DNA from: Acidobacteriota bacterium
GTDB lineage: Bacteria; Acidobacteriota; Terriglobia; Terriglobales; Acidobacteriaceae
NCBI GenBank assembly: GCA_046727255.1
Contig: JBKPCG010000034.1
Coordinates: forward strand, 6,465-70,464
Length of the DNA: 64,000 nt
Reading direction: 5' to 3'
Shown: positions 54,719 through 64,000 of the stretch, piece by piece
Numbering within the stretch: the stretch's first letter is position 1
Layout: every line of letters begins with the position of its first letter
The notes under the pieces: model-generated
The model's input: only the letters and a program-made list of their open reading frames with translations
Told to the model about the DNA's origin: nothing
The model's database searches: none
Made by a program: the position numbers and the translations under genes

Positions 54719-55600
54719 CTACTCTGCGAGGAGTTGTTTGCGGGCTGCTGCCAGTTCCGCTTTCCGCTCGCCATCTACTTTCGGATATGCCAATTTCAAA
54801 CCCTTGAGCGCGTCTACTATCGCTGCCGCCACTACCAATCGTGTGAACCATTTGTTGTCGGCGGGCACTACGTACCAGGGGGCATTCGGGCTCGCGGTAT
54901 TCTGGATCATGTCCTCGTAAGCGTCCTGATAATCGTCCCAATGCTTGCGCTCCCCGACATCGGCGGCTGAGAATTTCCAATTCTTCTCCGGCCGGTCGAG
55001 TCTTTCCATGAAGCGGCGTTTCTGTTCCTTCTTGGAAAGGTGCAGGAAGAACTTGAGGATCGCGATTCCATTGCGAGTCAAATAACGCTCTAGAGCATTG
55101 ATATCTTCAAACCGATCTCGCCAGATGTGCTTGATCACCAAAGGAGCGGGCAGCTTCTCTTTCTGTAGCACCTCGGGATGAACTCGCACCACCAGAACTT
55201 CCTCGTAATATGAGCGATTAAAGATGCCGATGTCACCGCGCTCTGGAAAATGTTTCATGGTCCGCCACAAGAAGTCGTGGTCCTGTTCCTCGCTAGAGGG
55301 CGCTTTGAACGAGGTCACCTGGACCCCCTGCGGATTCACGCCTGACATCACGTGTTTGATCGTTCCATCCTTGCCGGCCGCGTCCATGGCCTGGAAGACC
55401 AGCAGCAGTCCCCACCGATTCTGAGCGGCCAGAACGTCCTGCAGGCGCGCAAGCTCCTCCACGCCTTTTGTGAGCAACTCTCGCGCCTCAGGTTTACCCT
55501 CCGATTTCAGTCCGTGCGTGTCGCCGGGATCGTGATCCTTCAGTCGGAAGTGTTTTCCTTCCTCGATCCGGTAGCGGTTGAGGATTTTTTCGATTTTCAT
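54719..55600 (-). CDS. ppk2: Polyphosphate kinase 2 family protein
   Basis: LLVFQAMDAAGKDGTIKHV (Walker A-like) and other PPK2 motifs; 293 aa. Confidence 0.92.
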   Translation of the reverse strand: MKIEKILNRYRIEEGKHFRLKDHDPGDTHGLKSEGKPEARELLTKGVEELARLQDVLAAQNRWGLLLVFQAMDAAGKDGTIKHVMSGVNPQGVQVTSFKAPSSEEQDHDFLWRTMKHFPERGDIGIFNRSYYEEVLVVRVHPEVLQKEKLPAPLVIKHIWRDRFEDINALERYLTRNGIAILKFFLHLSKKEQKRRFMERLDRPEKNWKFSAADVGERKHWDDYQDAYEDMIQNTASPNAPWYVVPADNKWFTRLVVAAAIVDALKGLKLAYPKVDGERKAELAAARKQLLAE

Positions 55601-55618
55601 GGTGTGACGTTCTGCTAT

Positions 55619-56344
55619 TTACGGTTGCTGGTGATAGACGGGGTTTTCCGGTGTGGGCGCGTCGTAATCGCGACCGTATTTGTTCTTGTGCGCCAGACTT
55701 TGTCCGTTGACTGCTGGAACGCGAATTACGCCCAGCGACGTCGAACTCTCGGCAATGGTGATGTCGCGCGCTGCGGGCTCTGCGTTCTCCGGTCCCGTGC
55801 CTTCACTCCAGACGTGCAACAGGTAGCGTCCATAAGGAACGTTTGCGATGTGGAGTTGGCCTTCGCCATTCACGACAGCATAGAACGGCGTTGCCAGCGT
55901 GATTACGACAGCGCTCATCTCCGGATGGATGTTACAAAAGATGTAGCTGATCCCGGGCCGGTCGAAGTGCACCATTCGCGAGCTGCCCGCTTCATACAGG
56001 CCAAGATCGAATCGTTTCCCTTCAAATAACGAAAAAACATTATGGAAGAAGGGATCACGATTGGGGAATTCCACGGCGGAACCGGCGGGTACCACCAGAA
56101 CGTGAGGCTCAAAGCTCTTGTTCCTCTGCGTCAGCCGAAGGGTCGCCCGCGTATCGGCCGCTGCCGGTGCGGGCTCAACCGTCGCTCCTGACACTGGCGT
56201 CAACCATATGACGGTATTGGGAAAAGGAGTATGTCCGGTCTTCGCGGACCCTGTCACCTCGACGCGGCCCCGCACGGTCGCGACCTGCGCGAGCATGCCG
56301 GTGCAAAGCACCAACACAGCCATAAAGGTTCGCGCATGCGTCAT
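55619..56344 (-). CDS. Secreted protein with a cupredoxin-like segment
   Basis: A signal peptide, then …VPAGSAVEFPNRDPFFHNVFS…YIFCNIHPEM…, which is a plastocyanin-like pattern. The flanks are beta-rich. Confidence 0.55.
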   Translation of the reverse strand: MTHARTFMAVLVLCTGMLAQVATVRGRVEVTGSAKTGHTPFPNTVIWLTPVSGATVEPAPAAADTRATLRLTQRNKSFEPHVLVVPAGSAVEFPNRDPFFHNVFSLFEGKRFDLGLYEAGSSRMVHFDRPGISYIFCNIHPEMSAVVITLATPFYAVVNGEGQLHIANVPYGRYLLHVWSEGTGPENAEPAARDITIAESSTSLGVIRVPAVNGQSLAHKNKYGRDYDAPTPENPVYHQQP

Positions 56345-56367
56345 GGTTCAGCTTTCGTTGTGAGCCC

Positions 56368-57972
56368 TCAGAACAGCACGCCCATCATCAGATTGACGTG
56401 GTCTGCATTGTAGGTCCCGTTGTCGGTCGTGAACGTCTTTAAGTGCCGGAATTCGGCGGAAAACAAGAGGTCGGAACGCGGCCGATAGATCACACTCACC
56501 AGGCCCCCTTGATTCTTCGTCAGCGTTGGATCTCCATACGCCTGCGGGTTGGGGAACGCCCGAATGTCCGCCATGTAGGGAGCATCTTGTCCGAACGCTC
56601 CATTGAACTCAAGTTTGCTCGCCGGCCGATATTTCAGTTGAGCCCAGCCGCCGGCGGAATTCAAGCCGCGTACTTGGGTATAGAGCGATCCCGGATCGCC
56701 GCTAAAAAACGCACTGCGTCCGATGCCACCGCCCAGTCCGCCCAGTCCCTTTCCCCGGTAGAACTTTCCGCTTAACGACAATTGGTGGCCCAGCGGCAAG
56801 TCCCAGTCCGTCATTCCCGCCCAGCCATCCACGTTCCTGTCGAACCCATAACTTTGCCGGCCATAGTAGCCGCCAACCCCCACCCGCAGCGGCTGTCCGA
56901 ACAGGCTGCGCGACCAAGCCACCCGCGTCGCATAGGCCGGTTGACGGGATCTTTCCCCTGCCTGCGGAGTTCGGTAGTAGTCGAATACCGGCGGTTCCCC
57001 GCTTTGGGAATCAAGGATTCCCCCCTGCACCAGCAGGCTCGAATCTTCTCCCAGAGTAAATCTGTGCTCCACCCGCACCTGCGGAACCCAACTCCACAAA
57101 TTGCCGGCATACGAAAATGCCGGGACTGCCAGCGACGCGAACGACGTCGGCGAATTTGGAGAGAAGAACAATCCATCCTGTCCCGCAACGATTGAAGTGT
57201 GTGCCCAGTCCAGACGCATGGTGCCGGTCCGCAGACGCAACAATCCGAAATTCACGCCGTTCAACGCCCGTGGAAATCCGCCTCCAAGGTCCAGCTGCAA
57301 ATCGGCTTTGGTTCTTGCGCCTGCCACTTGCGGACCGAACACTTCAAGCCCGATCTGCGACTGCCGCAAAGACCCGCCGAAGCTCCCGCCTGATCCACCC
57401 GGCGGCCGGTCATACGCGATCGACGGAATATCCGCATTGTCCACCGTTCCCACGTTGCTGAAAAGATTCAGTAGCACAATTCCCGACAAGCGCATGCGGT
57501 ATTTGGACGCGCTCTCGACCTTGGTCTGATACTGCTCATCGACCTTCCCGCTCAGCAGCTGGTATTCCTCTTCCAGAGTGGCGGCGTGCTGCATTTTCTG
57601 ATCCTCTTGCGGTTCGGTGGCCGGCGGCGCGACAGCTGGACCGTAGCCACTCGTTCCGGCGGCAACCTCGGGCGCGGCCGGATTGCCCGGGACCGAAGCC
57701 GTGCGCACCGCCTGAAGTTCCTTGCGCAACTCGGTGGTCTCCGCGCGGTATTGTTGCGCCTCGGACCGGATCTCAGTCACCGCCGCCTGCAACTCGCGAA
57801 TCTGCTGGCGCAGTTCGAGGACCGAGTCGTTCAGCGAAGCCGCCGAAGACGCCTCCGTCGGGCCCGCCGGCTCCTGCGCGGCGCTCACGCCCGACCAGAG
57901 AAGAAGACCCGCCAACATCGCGGACCGCAAAGCATCGTACGTATGCCTCGTACTCATGTCGCCTCCTGCCAC
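56368..57972 (-). CDS. Outer-membrane beta-barrel protein with an N-terminal coiled coil (porin O/P-like)
   Basis: A signal peptide, a coiled coil (LELRQQIRELQAAVTEIRSEAQQYRAETTELRKELQ), alternating beta-strand pattern and a C-terminal …MMGVLF aromatic terminus. Confidence 0.65.
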   Translation of the reverse strand: MAGGDMSTRHTYDALRSAMLAGLLLWSGVSAAQEPAGPTEASSAASLNDSVLELRQQIRELQAAVTEIRSEAQQYRAETTELRKELQAVRTASVPGNPAAPEVAAGTSGYGPAVAPPATEPQEDQKMQHAATLEEEYQLLSGKVDEQYQTKVESASKYRMRLSGIVLLNLFSNVGTVDNADIPSIAYDRPPGGSGGSFGGSLRQSQIGLEVFGPQVAGARTKADLQLDLGGGFPRALNGVNFGLLRLRTGTMRLDWAHTSIVAGQDGLFFSPNSPTSFASLAVPAFSYAGNLWSWVPQVRVEHRFTLGEDSSLLVQGGILDSQSGEPPVFDYYRTPQAGERSRQPAYATRVAWSRSLFGQPLRVGVGGYYGRQSYGFDRNVDGWAGMTDWDLPLGHQLSLSGKFYRGKGLGGLGGGIGRSAFFSGDPGSLYTQVRGLNSAGGWAQLKYRPASKLEFNGAFGQDAPYMADIRAFPNPQAYGDPTLTKNQGGLVSVIYRPRSDLLFSAEFRHLKTFTTDNGTYNADHVNLMMGVLF

Positions 57973-58015
57973 ACGGCTGTCCCCAGGGAATTCGACACTA
58001 ACCTTATCTTGCCTA

Positions 58016-59812
58016 CTAGGTCGCGTTCTTCACCGCCAGAGCATTCTCGGACGACGGATTCAGCGGCACGCTGACTCTGAACGTCGTGCCCTCCGGCGAA
58101 CTCTGTTCCACCGCCACATCGCCGCCATGGTCCTGCAGAATTTTTTGCACGACCGTCAACCCCATACCCGTTCCATTCTCTTTACCATAGCTGACAAAGG
58201 GCTCAAACAACTTGCCCCGCACCGCTTCCGCAATTCCCGGCCCGTTGTCGCTGATCCTTATTTCCAGATTCTTCTCATTACGCCGCAACTCAACTTCGAT
58301 CTGCCCGTTCTCTACCGGCACCACCTCGCAAGCGTTAAGCAGCAGGTTCAGCAATGCCCGCTCCAGTTTCTTGAAGTCGAACCAGCCCTCGGTCGTCCCT
58401 TCCCATGAAACGCGAATCCGCACGCGCTGAAATTCCGGATGCGCCTTCAACGACTTGATCGCCGACTCCACTGCCTCCCGCACATCCCCATAAGAAGGAT
58501 GCAGTGACTCCCGCGTTCTGGAAAACTCCAGCAGCGATTCAATCAGATCCGTCATTTGTTTGACCGCAATCCGAATCTCCGCATACAAATCCTCGCGTTG
58601 CCCCGGAGTGAGATTGCTTTCACACAAAAATTCCGCATTGGCCATCACCGCCGCCAACGAGTGCCGCAGATCATGCGAGATCGAGCTAGCCATGCGCCCG
58701 ATAGTTGCCAGCCGCTCCGCATCCAGCAATTCGCGCTGTGTAGTTTGCAGACTGGTGCGCATCCGGTCAAAAGCGCCCGTCACCTCCGCCACCTCATCTC
58801 CGCCCTGCGGCGATAGCGGATATGCATAGTCGCCGTGCCCGAGCGCGCGAACTCCCGCCACCAGGGATCCCAGCGGCCGAGTAAACGTATGGGAGATCAC
58901 AAACACCAGCAGGCTCCCCGCCAACACCGCCGCTAAACCCAAACCCAGGAGCAGCTCATTCAGGCTGATCAAGAAGGCTGTAGCCTGATCGAACGACTTC
59001 AAAACCCATAACCGCAAACCCGGAGTAGTCGGAGAAGACAAATCGACGGTTGTGGCAAGAAAGCGTTCGTCGCCGAGCCGGAGCTGATCCGGCGTACCCG
59101 CGTCTCCCCACGCCTTCTGCCCCGTCCGCAGCAGCTCCTCTTCCTGCGACGGCTTCAACGTGCTCCGGACAATTGCGTCCCCGTACCCGAATGCCACTTC
59201 GCTGGCGGAAACCTGGCTCAACTCGCGCACTACACGGTCGTCGATTTCATATCCGAGCACCAGATATCCCAGCACCTGTTGACCGCTAGCGGGCCCAAAG
59301 TAAATGTCCTGGAGAAATACCTCATAGAGATGTCCCTCGACATACCACCAGTGCCGAGTCTCCGCGCGCGAGACAACTTTGGGAAAGAACTCCTGCGCGC
59401 GCGGCACGGTAATCTCCGGCGGACTAGCCTGCAAGGCCATCACTTTCCCGGACGGATCGGCGAGCAGAAGCAGGTCGCTACCCGCCAGGTTCCACAGATC
59501 GTGCGACGCATCCTGAATGGTCGCCGCGTCGCGTGTAGTCATCAGCGCGCGGACATTCGGCAAGTCGGCCAGCAGCGCCGCGGAGCGCTCGAGCGTCACC
59601 TCACGTTGTTTTTGGAAATTGCGGAAGGCGGAAACTGAATTCTGCAGATCGCGCTGGATTTCCAGCCGCACCTGCCGTTGCACAGTGTGCCGTACCAAGA
59701 ACAGAGTTGTGAAGGTTAGCGCAGCGGTAACCGCGACCATGGAAAGCAGGAACTTGGTCCGCAGCCGAAGTCCACCCATGGTGCTCCTTCCCTGCGCGAT
59801 GCGACTCAACAT
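58016..59812 (-). CDS. Sensor histidine kinase (2 TM, large extracytoplasmic domain, HAMP, HisKA, HATPase)
   Basis: H-box SHDLRHSL. N and G boxes are NLLLNACE and DNGPGI...GTGMGL. Confidence 0.9.
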   Translation of the reverse strand: MLSRIAQGRSTMGGLRLRTKFLLSMVAVTAALTFTTLFLVRHTVQRQVRLEIQRDLQNSVSAFRNFQKQREVTLERSAALLADLPNVRALMTTRDAATIQDASHDLWNLAGSDLLLLADPSGKVMALQASPPEITVPRAQEFFPKVVSRAETRHWWYVEGHLYEVFLQDIYFGPASGQQVLGYLVLGYEIDDRVVRELSQVSASEVAFGYGDAIVRSTLKPSQEEELLRTGQKAWGDAGTPDQLRLGDERFLATTVDLSSPTTPGLRLWVLKSFDQATAFLISLNELLLGLGLAAVLAGSLLVFVISHTFTRPLGSLVAGVRALGHGDYAYPLSPQGGDEVAEVTGAFDRMRTSLQTTQRELLDAERLATIGRMASSISHDLRHSLAAVMANAEFLCESNLTPGQREDLYAEIRIAVKQMTDLIESLLEFSRTRESLHPSYGDVREAVESAIKSLKAHPEFQRVRIRVSWEGTTEGWFDFKKLERALLNLLLNACEVVPVENGQIEVELRRNEKNLEIRISDNGPGIAEAVRGKLFEPFVSYGKENGTGMGLTVVQKILQDHGGDVAVEQSSPEGTTFRVSVPLNPSSENALAVKNAT

Positions 59813-59814
59813 CG

Positions 59815-60552
59815 CTAGGGCACGAACTTGTAACCGGCGCTGTGCACGGTGCGGAAGTGCACCGGATTGGCAGGATCCCGTTCCAGCTTCTGGCGCAGCT
59901 TCAGGATGTGATTATCCACGGTCCGCGTGCTCGGATAATTCCTATACCCCCAAACGTGATTCAGCAACTCCTCGCGCGAAAGCACGCGTTCCGAATTCTG
60001 GATCATGAACTTCAGCACTTTGAATTCCTGCGCGGTCAACTGGACGAGCGCGCCGTTGCGGTGCAGCTCCATTTTCAAGAAATCGACTCTCACTTCTCCG
60101 AACGAGAAGGCTTCCGCGGTAGGAGTCCGACTCGAGCGCCGCATCGCAGTACGCACCCGAGCCAGCAATTCCCTCGGACTGAAAGGCTTGGTTACATAAT
60201 CATGCGCGCCCAGTTCGAGCAGCAGCACTTTGTCCATCACATCGGTGCGTGCGCTAAGAATGATGATCGGCAGCGAGGGCGCAGCCGCGCTGATCTCGCG
60301 GCAGACATCCTGTCCCAGCATTCCGGGCAGGCGCAGATCGAGTATCACCACCGACGGCGCCGCAGCGCGAAACAACTCCAGCCCCTCGGCGCCGTTGCCC
60401 GCCACGTCCACCGGGAATCCTTCGCCCTCGAACAATCTGCGCAGAGCCTTCTGGACTGCGCGGTCGTCCTCGATCACCAGCACGCGGTCGTTCCCGGCGG
60501 GTGCTTCCGCCGTCTCAGTCGCCAACAAGCTGTTGTCCTCCGCAGTTCTCAT
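59815..60552 (-). CDS. OmpR/PhoB-family response regulator
   Basis: VLVIEDD, DLRLPGM and a winged-helix C-terminus (…LTAQEFKVLKFM…HFRTVHSAGYKFV). I picked the Met at 60552. Confidence 0.9.
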   Translation of the reverse strand: MRTAEDNSLLATETAEAPAGNDRVLVIEDDRAVQKALRRLFEGEGFPVDVAGNGAEGLELFRAAAPSVVILDLRLPGMLGQDVCREISAAAPSLPIIILSARTDVMDKVLLLELGAHDYVTKPFSPRELLARVRTAMRRSSRTPTAEAFSFGEVRVDFLKMELHRNGALVQLTAQEFKVLKFMIQNSERVLSREELLNHVWGYRNYPSTRTVDNHILKLRQKLERDPANPVHFRTVHSAGYKFVP

Positions 60553-60617
60553 GCCGAAGAGGAATGATACCGCGAAAAACCCGCGAATTTCACCGATTGG
60601 CTGGAAACCGCCCCTTA

Positions 60618-60636
60618 ATTGACAGGAATTTGACAA
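60618..60636 (-). promoter_or_regulatory. Pho-box-like direct repeat TTGTCAA-ATTC-CTGTCAA-T upstream of the response-regulator gene
   Basis: Two 7-bp repeats with 11-bp periodicity on the minus strand, about 66 nt upstream of the chosen ATG. The E. coli Pho box is CTGTCATAWAWCTGTCAY. Confidence 0.4.
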
Positions 60637-60744
60637 ATCCGCTCAAGATCGTGTGGCGCGCGCCCCCGCCCGCGTAGACCTGCCATAAGTCGTGCAGTTA
60701 CCAGGTTTGGTGAGGCACGCCGAGGTGTGCCCTCGTCCTTCTAC

Positions 60745-60970
60745 TCAGGCCTGGTCCTTATTGCCGCGCAGTACTCTCAGTTCGTGCATCAGGATCTCGC
60801 GGAGAGCTCCTTCGAGTTCCAGTCGCTCGGGATCAAGTAGCGGCTATTGTTGCCAGCTCAAGCACACGATCATTAATCGCGCGACGGGCAAGGTCGCACG
60901 CGTCCGACACCCTGGCGGGATCGCGCTCGCCGAGGGCAGAGTCGTACCGCATCCGCCAGTCGGTGGGCAT
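60745..60970 (-). pseudogene. Small (~74 aa) helical protein gene split by a +1 frameshift near 60836-60844
   Basis: Frame A reads MPTDWRMRYDSALGERDPARVSDACDLARRAINDRVLELATIAAT* (stop at 60833). The overlapping frame reads (P)LLDPERLELEGALREILMHELRVLRGNKDQA* (stop at about 60745). Together they read as one small protein. Confidence 0.45.
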
Positions 60971-61177
60971 GGGGAAGAAGCCAGCGTTGCATTGACGGCT
61001 GCGCGATGCGGGCACTCAGCGACATATGAGGCCGCGCACGAACTATCTCGTGCGGCCTTGCGCCGCTCAGCAGCCGGTGACACGCCGGTCCGACTGTCGC
61101 GCGAAGCTTAGCACCACTAGACCGGCCACTCAGCAACAAAGGGAACGCCGGTTCTGGTCCAGAAATATCGGCGAGTC

Positions 61178-61212
61178 TTGCACATGAGAAAATACGCATG
61201 TAGCATTGACGG
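61178..61212 (+). promoter_or_regulatory. Candidate promoter TTGCAC-N17-TAGCAT ending 6 nt before the ATG (implies a leaderless mRNA)
   Basis: Read from the sequence: TTGCAC (61178-83), a 17-nt spacer containing ACATG...CATGT, TAGCAT (61201-06), tgacgg, then ATG (61213). There is no SD. Confidence 0.35.
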
Positions 61213-61569
61213 ATGGCGAAGGTCCGTCCCATTCTGGTCGTGAGTTCGCTAGTTTTGTGGACGGTCGCGCCTGCGCTCGCCTGTTTGCCCAACCGCCAAA
61301 TGACCCAGGCGGAGATGGACTGCTGTAAGAAGATGGCGGGCGATTGCCATCGCGGACCCAGTCAACATCCCTGCTGTAAGACCACCCCAAATATCGATAC
61401 CCCCGTTGTAACAGTTCAACAGACTCTGCAGGTTCATCCGAACGTCGCCGTTCTCTACCTCAGCCAGAGCTTCCAGCCAGAACCAACAGCTGACGGTGAA
61501 GTTGTTCAAGTCCATCCAGGCCTTCCGCCACCTGCCCCACCCGGCCTCAACTCCATTCTAAGAATCTAG
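61213..61569 (+). CDS. Small secreted Cys/His-rich protein (putative periplasmic metal-binding protein)
   Basis: Signal peptide MAKVRPILVVSSLVLWTVAPALA|C. It has the cluster MDCCKKMAGDCHRGPSQHPCC and repeated VHP motifs. It lies directly upstream of cusA. Confidence 0.55.
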   Translation: MAKVRPILVVSSLVLWTVAPALACLPNRQMTQAEMDCCKKMAGDCHRGPSQHPCCKTTPNIDTPVVTVQQTLQVHPNVAVLYLSQSFQPEPTADGEVVQVHPGLPPPAPPGLNSILRI

Positions 61570-61639
61570 ACTCCGCCTCGTTTCCTCGCGCACGGAGGAA
61601 ACGCACACGTGTATATCCGCGCACTACGGAGGAGAAACT

Positions 61640-61822
61640 ATGAGACGTGCAGTATTCCTGCTCGTTCTGGGTCTGCCCTGGTTTGCTGTTGCATCCGGGC
61701 ATGGACCGGTCTTCGGGCTAGCTACACCTACGAATTCGCAAGGGGAATGGAGCTTCGACGCGGGTTTATTCGGCCGAAGTGCGGTCGCTCGAGGAGACTG
61801 GCATGATCGACCGGCTTATTGA
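61640..61822 (+). pseudogene. 60-codon remnant: signal peptide plus conserved [27 protein letters not shown] start of a larger periplasmic/OM protein, cut off where cusA begins
   Basis: A strong SD (GGAGGAGAAACT-ATG) and a good signal peptide. The ORF loses sense and stops 20 nt into cusA. Confidence 0.3.
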
Positions 61823-64000
61823 GATTTCGTTGCACAATCGATTCCTCGTCGTCGCGTTTTGGGTTGGCATTGCGGCTTGGGGACTCTGGGCCATGCTGCG
61901 CGCCCCAATTGACGCCATTCCTGACCTCAGTGACAACCAAGTGATTGTCTTCACCGACTGGTCGGGGCGGAGCCCGCAGGAAGTGGAAGACCAGATCACG
62001 TATCCGCTGACGGTGAATCTGCAGGGTCTGCCCGGCGTGAAGGTAGTGCGTTCTTCGTCGGCGTTTGGTTTCTCCATGATTTTCGTCATCTTCGAGGACG
62101 ACGTTGATCTCTATTTTGCCCGCACGCGCGTGCTGGAGCGGCTCAACCTCGTGACTAAACAGCTTCCTGCGGGCGTTGTCCCTACACTTGGCCCGGATGC
62201 GACGGGCGTGGGCCATGTGTTCTGGTACACGGTGGAAGGCGGTGGACTCAGCCTGAGAGACCTCCGTTCACTGCAGGACTGGTACGTGCGCTACCAACTC
62301 AACTCCGTGCCAGGCGTGGCTGAAGTCGCGAGCGTGGGCGGTACGGTCCAGCAATACCAGATCGATATCGATCCTAATCGATTGCGCAGCTATGGAGTGC
62401 CTCTAGGCGATGTGGTTCGCGCTGTTCGGGCAAGCAACTCGAACGTGGGCGGTAATGTGATCTCCGCAAACGGCTCATGGTCGATTGTGCGCGGGCTCGG
62501 CTTGATTGGAAGTCTCGATGATATCCGCAATATTGTCGTCAACTCGCACAACGGGACGCCGGTCTATGTCAAAGACGTGGGCACGGTGCAAATCGGTGAT
62601 GCCTTCCGAACGGCCTCTCTGGTCAAGAACAGCTCCGAGGCGGTTGGCGGTGTGGTAGTGGCCCGAGTGGGCGAGAACACTAAGGAAGTGATCGACCGTG
62701 TAAAGGAAAAGATTAGGCAAATCGAACCTGGCCTACCGCCTGGCGTGCATATTGTTGCGTTTTATGACCGCTCGGAGCTGATTGAGGCCACTGTCGCAAC
62801 CCTTCGTCATGCACTCATCGAGGAGATCATTCTTGTCACCCTCGCACACGTAGTCTTCCTTATGCACTTCCGCAGCATCCTGGTTGTCACGCTCCCACTG
62901 CCGCTGGCCGTGCTCGGTTCGTTCCTCCTAATGCACTACATGCATGTCACCTCGAACGTAATGTCTCTTGCTGGCATAGCAATCGCTATCGGCGTCTTAG
63001 TGGATGCTGGAATCGTCGTCACGGAAAATGCTTTCCGGCATCTTGAGGGTGTGGACACAAGGGACCGTGGGCGGGTGATGGAGACAGTGCTCCGTGCGAC
63101 CAAGCTGGTTGGCCGTCCGACATTCTTCTCAATGGCTATTATCGTCCTCGCCTTCGTGCCCGTATTCGCGCTTACCGGGCAGGAGGGCAAGCTCTTCCGG
63201 CCGCTGGCATTTGCAAAGACCTTCGCGATGGCGAGCGCGACAGCAATTGCTCTCACGTTGATACCGATCCTTTGCACGCTGCTGCTTCGGGGCAAGTTTC
63301 ACTCGGAAGACCAGAATCCAGTGATGCGGTTTCTCCAGCGTCTTTATCGTCCTGCGCTGGCGTGGGCGCTCGAGCACCGCCTAATCACTCTTGGCTTTGC
63401 GTTTGCCCTTTTTGCCGGTGCCGTGGTGCTGGCCTCAGGCATCGGCAGTGAATTTATGCCGCCCCTCGACGAGGGCGACATCATGTTCATGCCGATCGCG
63501 GATGCGAGCATCTCGCTTGCGCAGAACACGGAATTTGCAAAGCGGCAAGATGCAGTGCTGAGCCGCTTCCCCGAAGTCGCCTATGTGGCGGCGAAGGTGG
63601 CGCGGGCGGAAACGTCGACCGATCCGGCGGGACTGAACATGACGGAGACGATTGTGCACTTGAAACCGAGCGCCCAGTGGCGGCCAGGTATGACACTGTC
63701 AAAACTGAAAAGCGAGATGGATCGCGCCGTCTCCCTGCCTGGCGTTGCCAACATCTGGACGCAACCAATCATCAATCGAATCGACATGCTCACCACCGGC
63801 ATCCGGTCGGAGATTGGGGTCAAGGTGTTCGGCTCCGATCTGACGATGCTTGAACAAAAGGCCCGCGAAATCGCCGACGTTGTGCGCGCCGTGCACGGAG
63901 CCAGCGACGTATACCCCGAGCAGGTGACGGGCGGCTTGTATCTCGATATCCGCCCGAATCGCGAGGCAGCGGCCCGCTACGGTATTGATGTCGGTGCGAT
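61803..64000 (+). CDS. cusA: CusA/CzcA-family heavy-metal efflux RND pump, N-terminal ~732 aa (runs off the window)
   Basis: [53 protein letters not shown]...[19 protein letters not shown]... is the HME-RND family pattern. It is missing from the ORF track because it is truncated by the window edge. The ATG position was fixed by counting back from the stop of ORF 61640..61822. Confidence 0.93.
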   Translation, partial: MIDRLIEISLHNRFLVVAFWVGIAAWGLWAMLRAPIDAIPDLSDNQVIVFTDWSGRSPQEVEDQITYPLTVNLQGLPGVKVVRSSSAFGFSMIFVIFEDDVDLYFARTRVLERLNLVTKQLPAGVVPTLGPDATGVGHVFWYTVEGGGLSLRDLRSLQDWYVRYQLNSVPGVAEVASVGGTVQQYQIDIDPNRLRSYGVPLGDVVRAVRASNSNVGGNVISANGSWSIVRGLGLIGSLDDIRNIVVNSHNGTPVYVKDVGTVQIGDAFRTASLVKNSSEAVGGVVVARVGENTKEVIDRVKEKIRQIEPGLPPGVHIVAFYDRSELIEATVATLRHALIEEIILVTLAHVVFLMHFRSILVVTLPLPLAVLGSFLLMHYMHVTSNVMSLAGIAIAIGVLVDAGIVVTENAFRHLEGVDTRDRGRVMETVLRATKLVGRPTFFSMAIIVLAFVPVFALTGQEGKLFRPLAFAKTFAMASATAIALTLIPILCTLLLRGKFHSEDQNPVMRFLQRLYRPALAWALEHRLITLGFAFALFAGAVVLASGIGSEFMPPLDEGDIMFMPIADASISLAQNTEFAKRQDAVLSRFPEVAYVAAKVARAETSTDPAGLNMTETIVHLKPSAQWRPGMTLSKLKSEMDRAVSLPGVANIWTQPIINRIDMLTTGIRSEIGVKVFGSDLTMLEQKAREIADVVRAVHGASDVYPEQVTGGLYLDIRPNREAAARYGIDVGA

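Overview
High-GC bacterial chromosomal segment. Gene content and the types of intergenic repeats fit an Acidobacteriota (Terriglobia-like) genome, but that assignment is an inference. About 55 CDS, mostly housekeeping: secA (5' part), korAB, accA, dnaE, lpxD, plsC, mpl-ldcA-dapF, mtnP, ribF, ubiE-aroB, nadB, terC, an Rrf2-regulated sulfonate-type ABC operon, an OmpR/HK two-component pair with a porin and PPK2, and the 5' part of cusA. Accessory content is small: VapBC and MazEF-type toxin-antitoxin pairs, an AT-richer islet with a split ORF, and three probable frameshifted or truncated genes. I found no rRNA, tRNA, CRISPR array, transposase, integrase or recognisable multi-gene defence system. 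The most unusual signal is non-coding. Seven intergenic gaps carry inverted repeats whose arms are tandem 7-nt units, usually starting within 0-7 nt of the upstream stop codon. Each locus has its own heptad 'flavour', and the two arms of a locus change together. One copy has expanded to 9 perfect (about 11 total) GCAGGTC units about 40 nt upstream of a peptidase gene. At least three other REP-like hairpin families are also present. CDS coordinates come from the supplied ORF track, with starts re-picked by codon counting. Coordinates of non-coding elements were counted by hand from track anchors and may be off by 1-2 nt.
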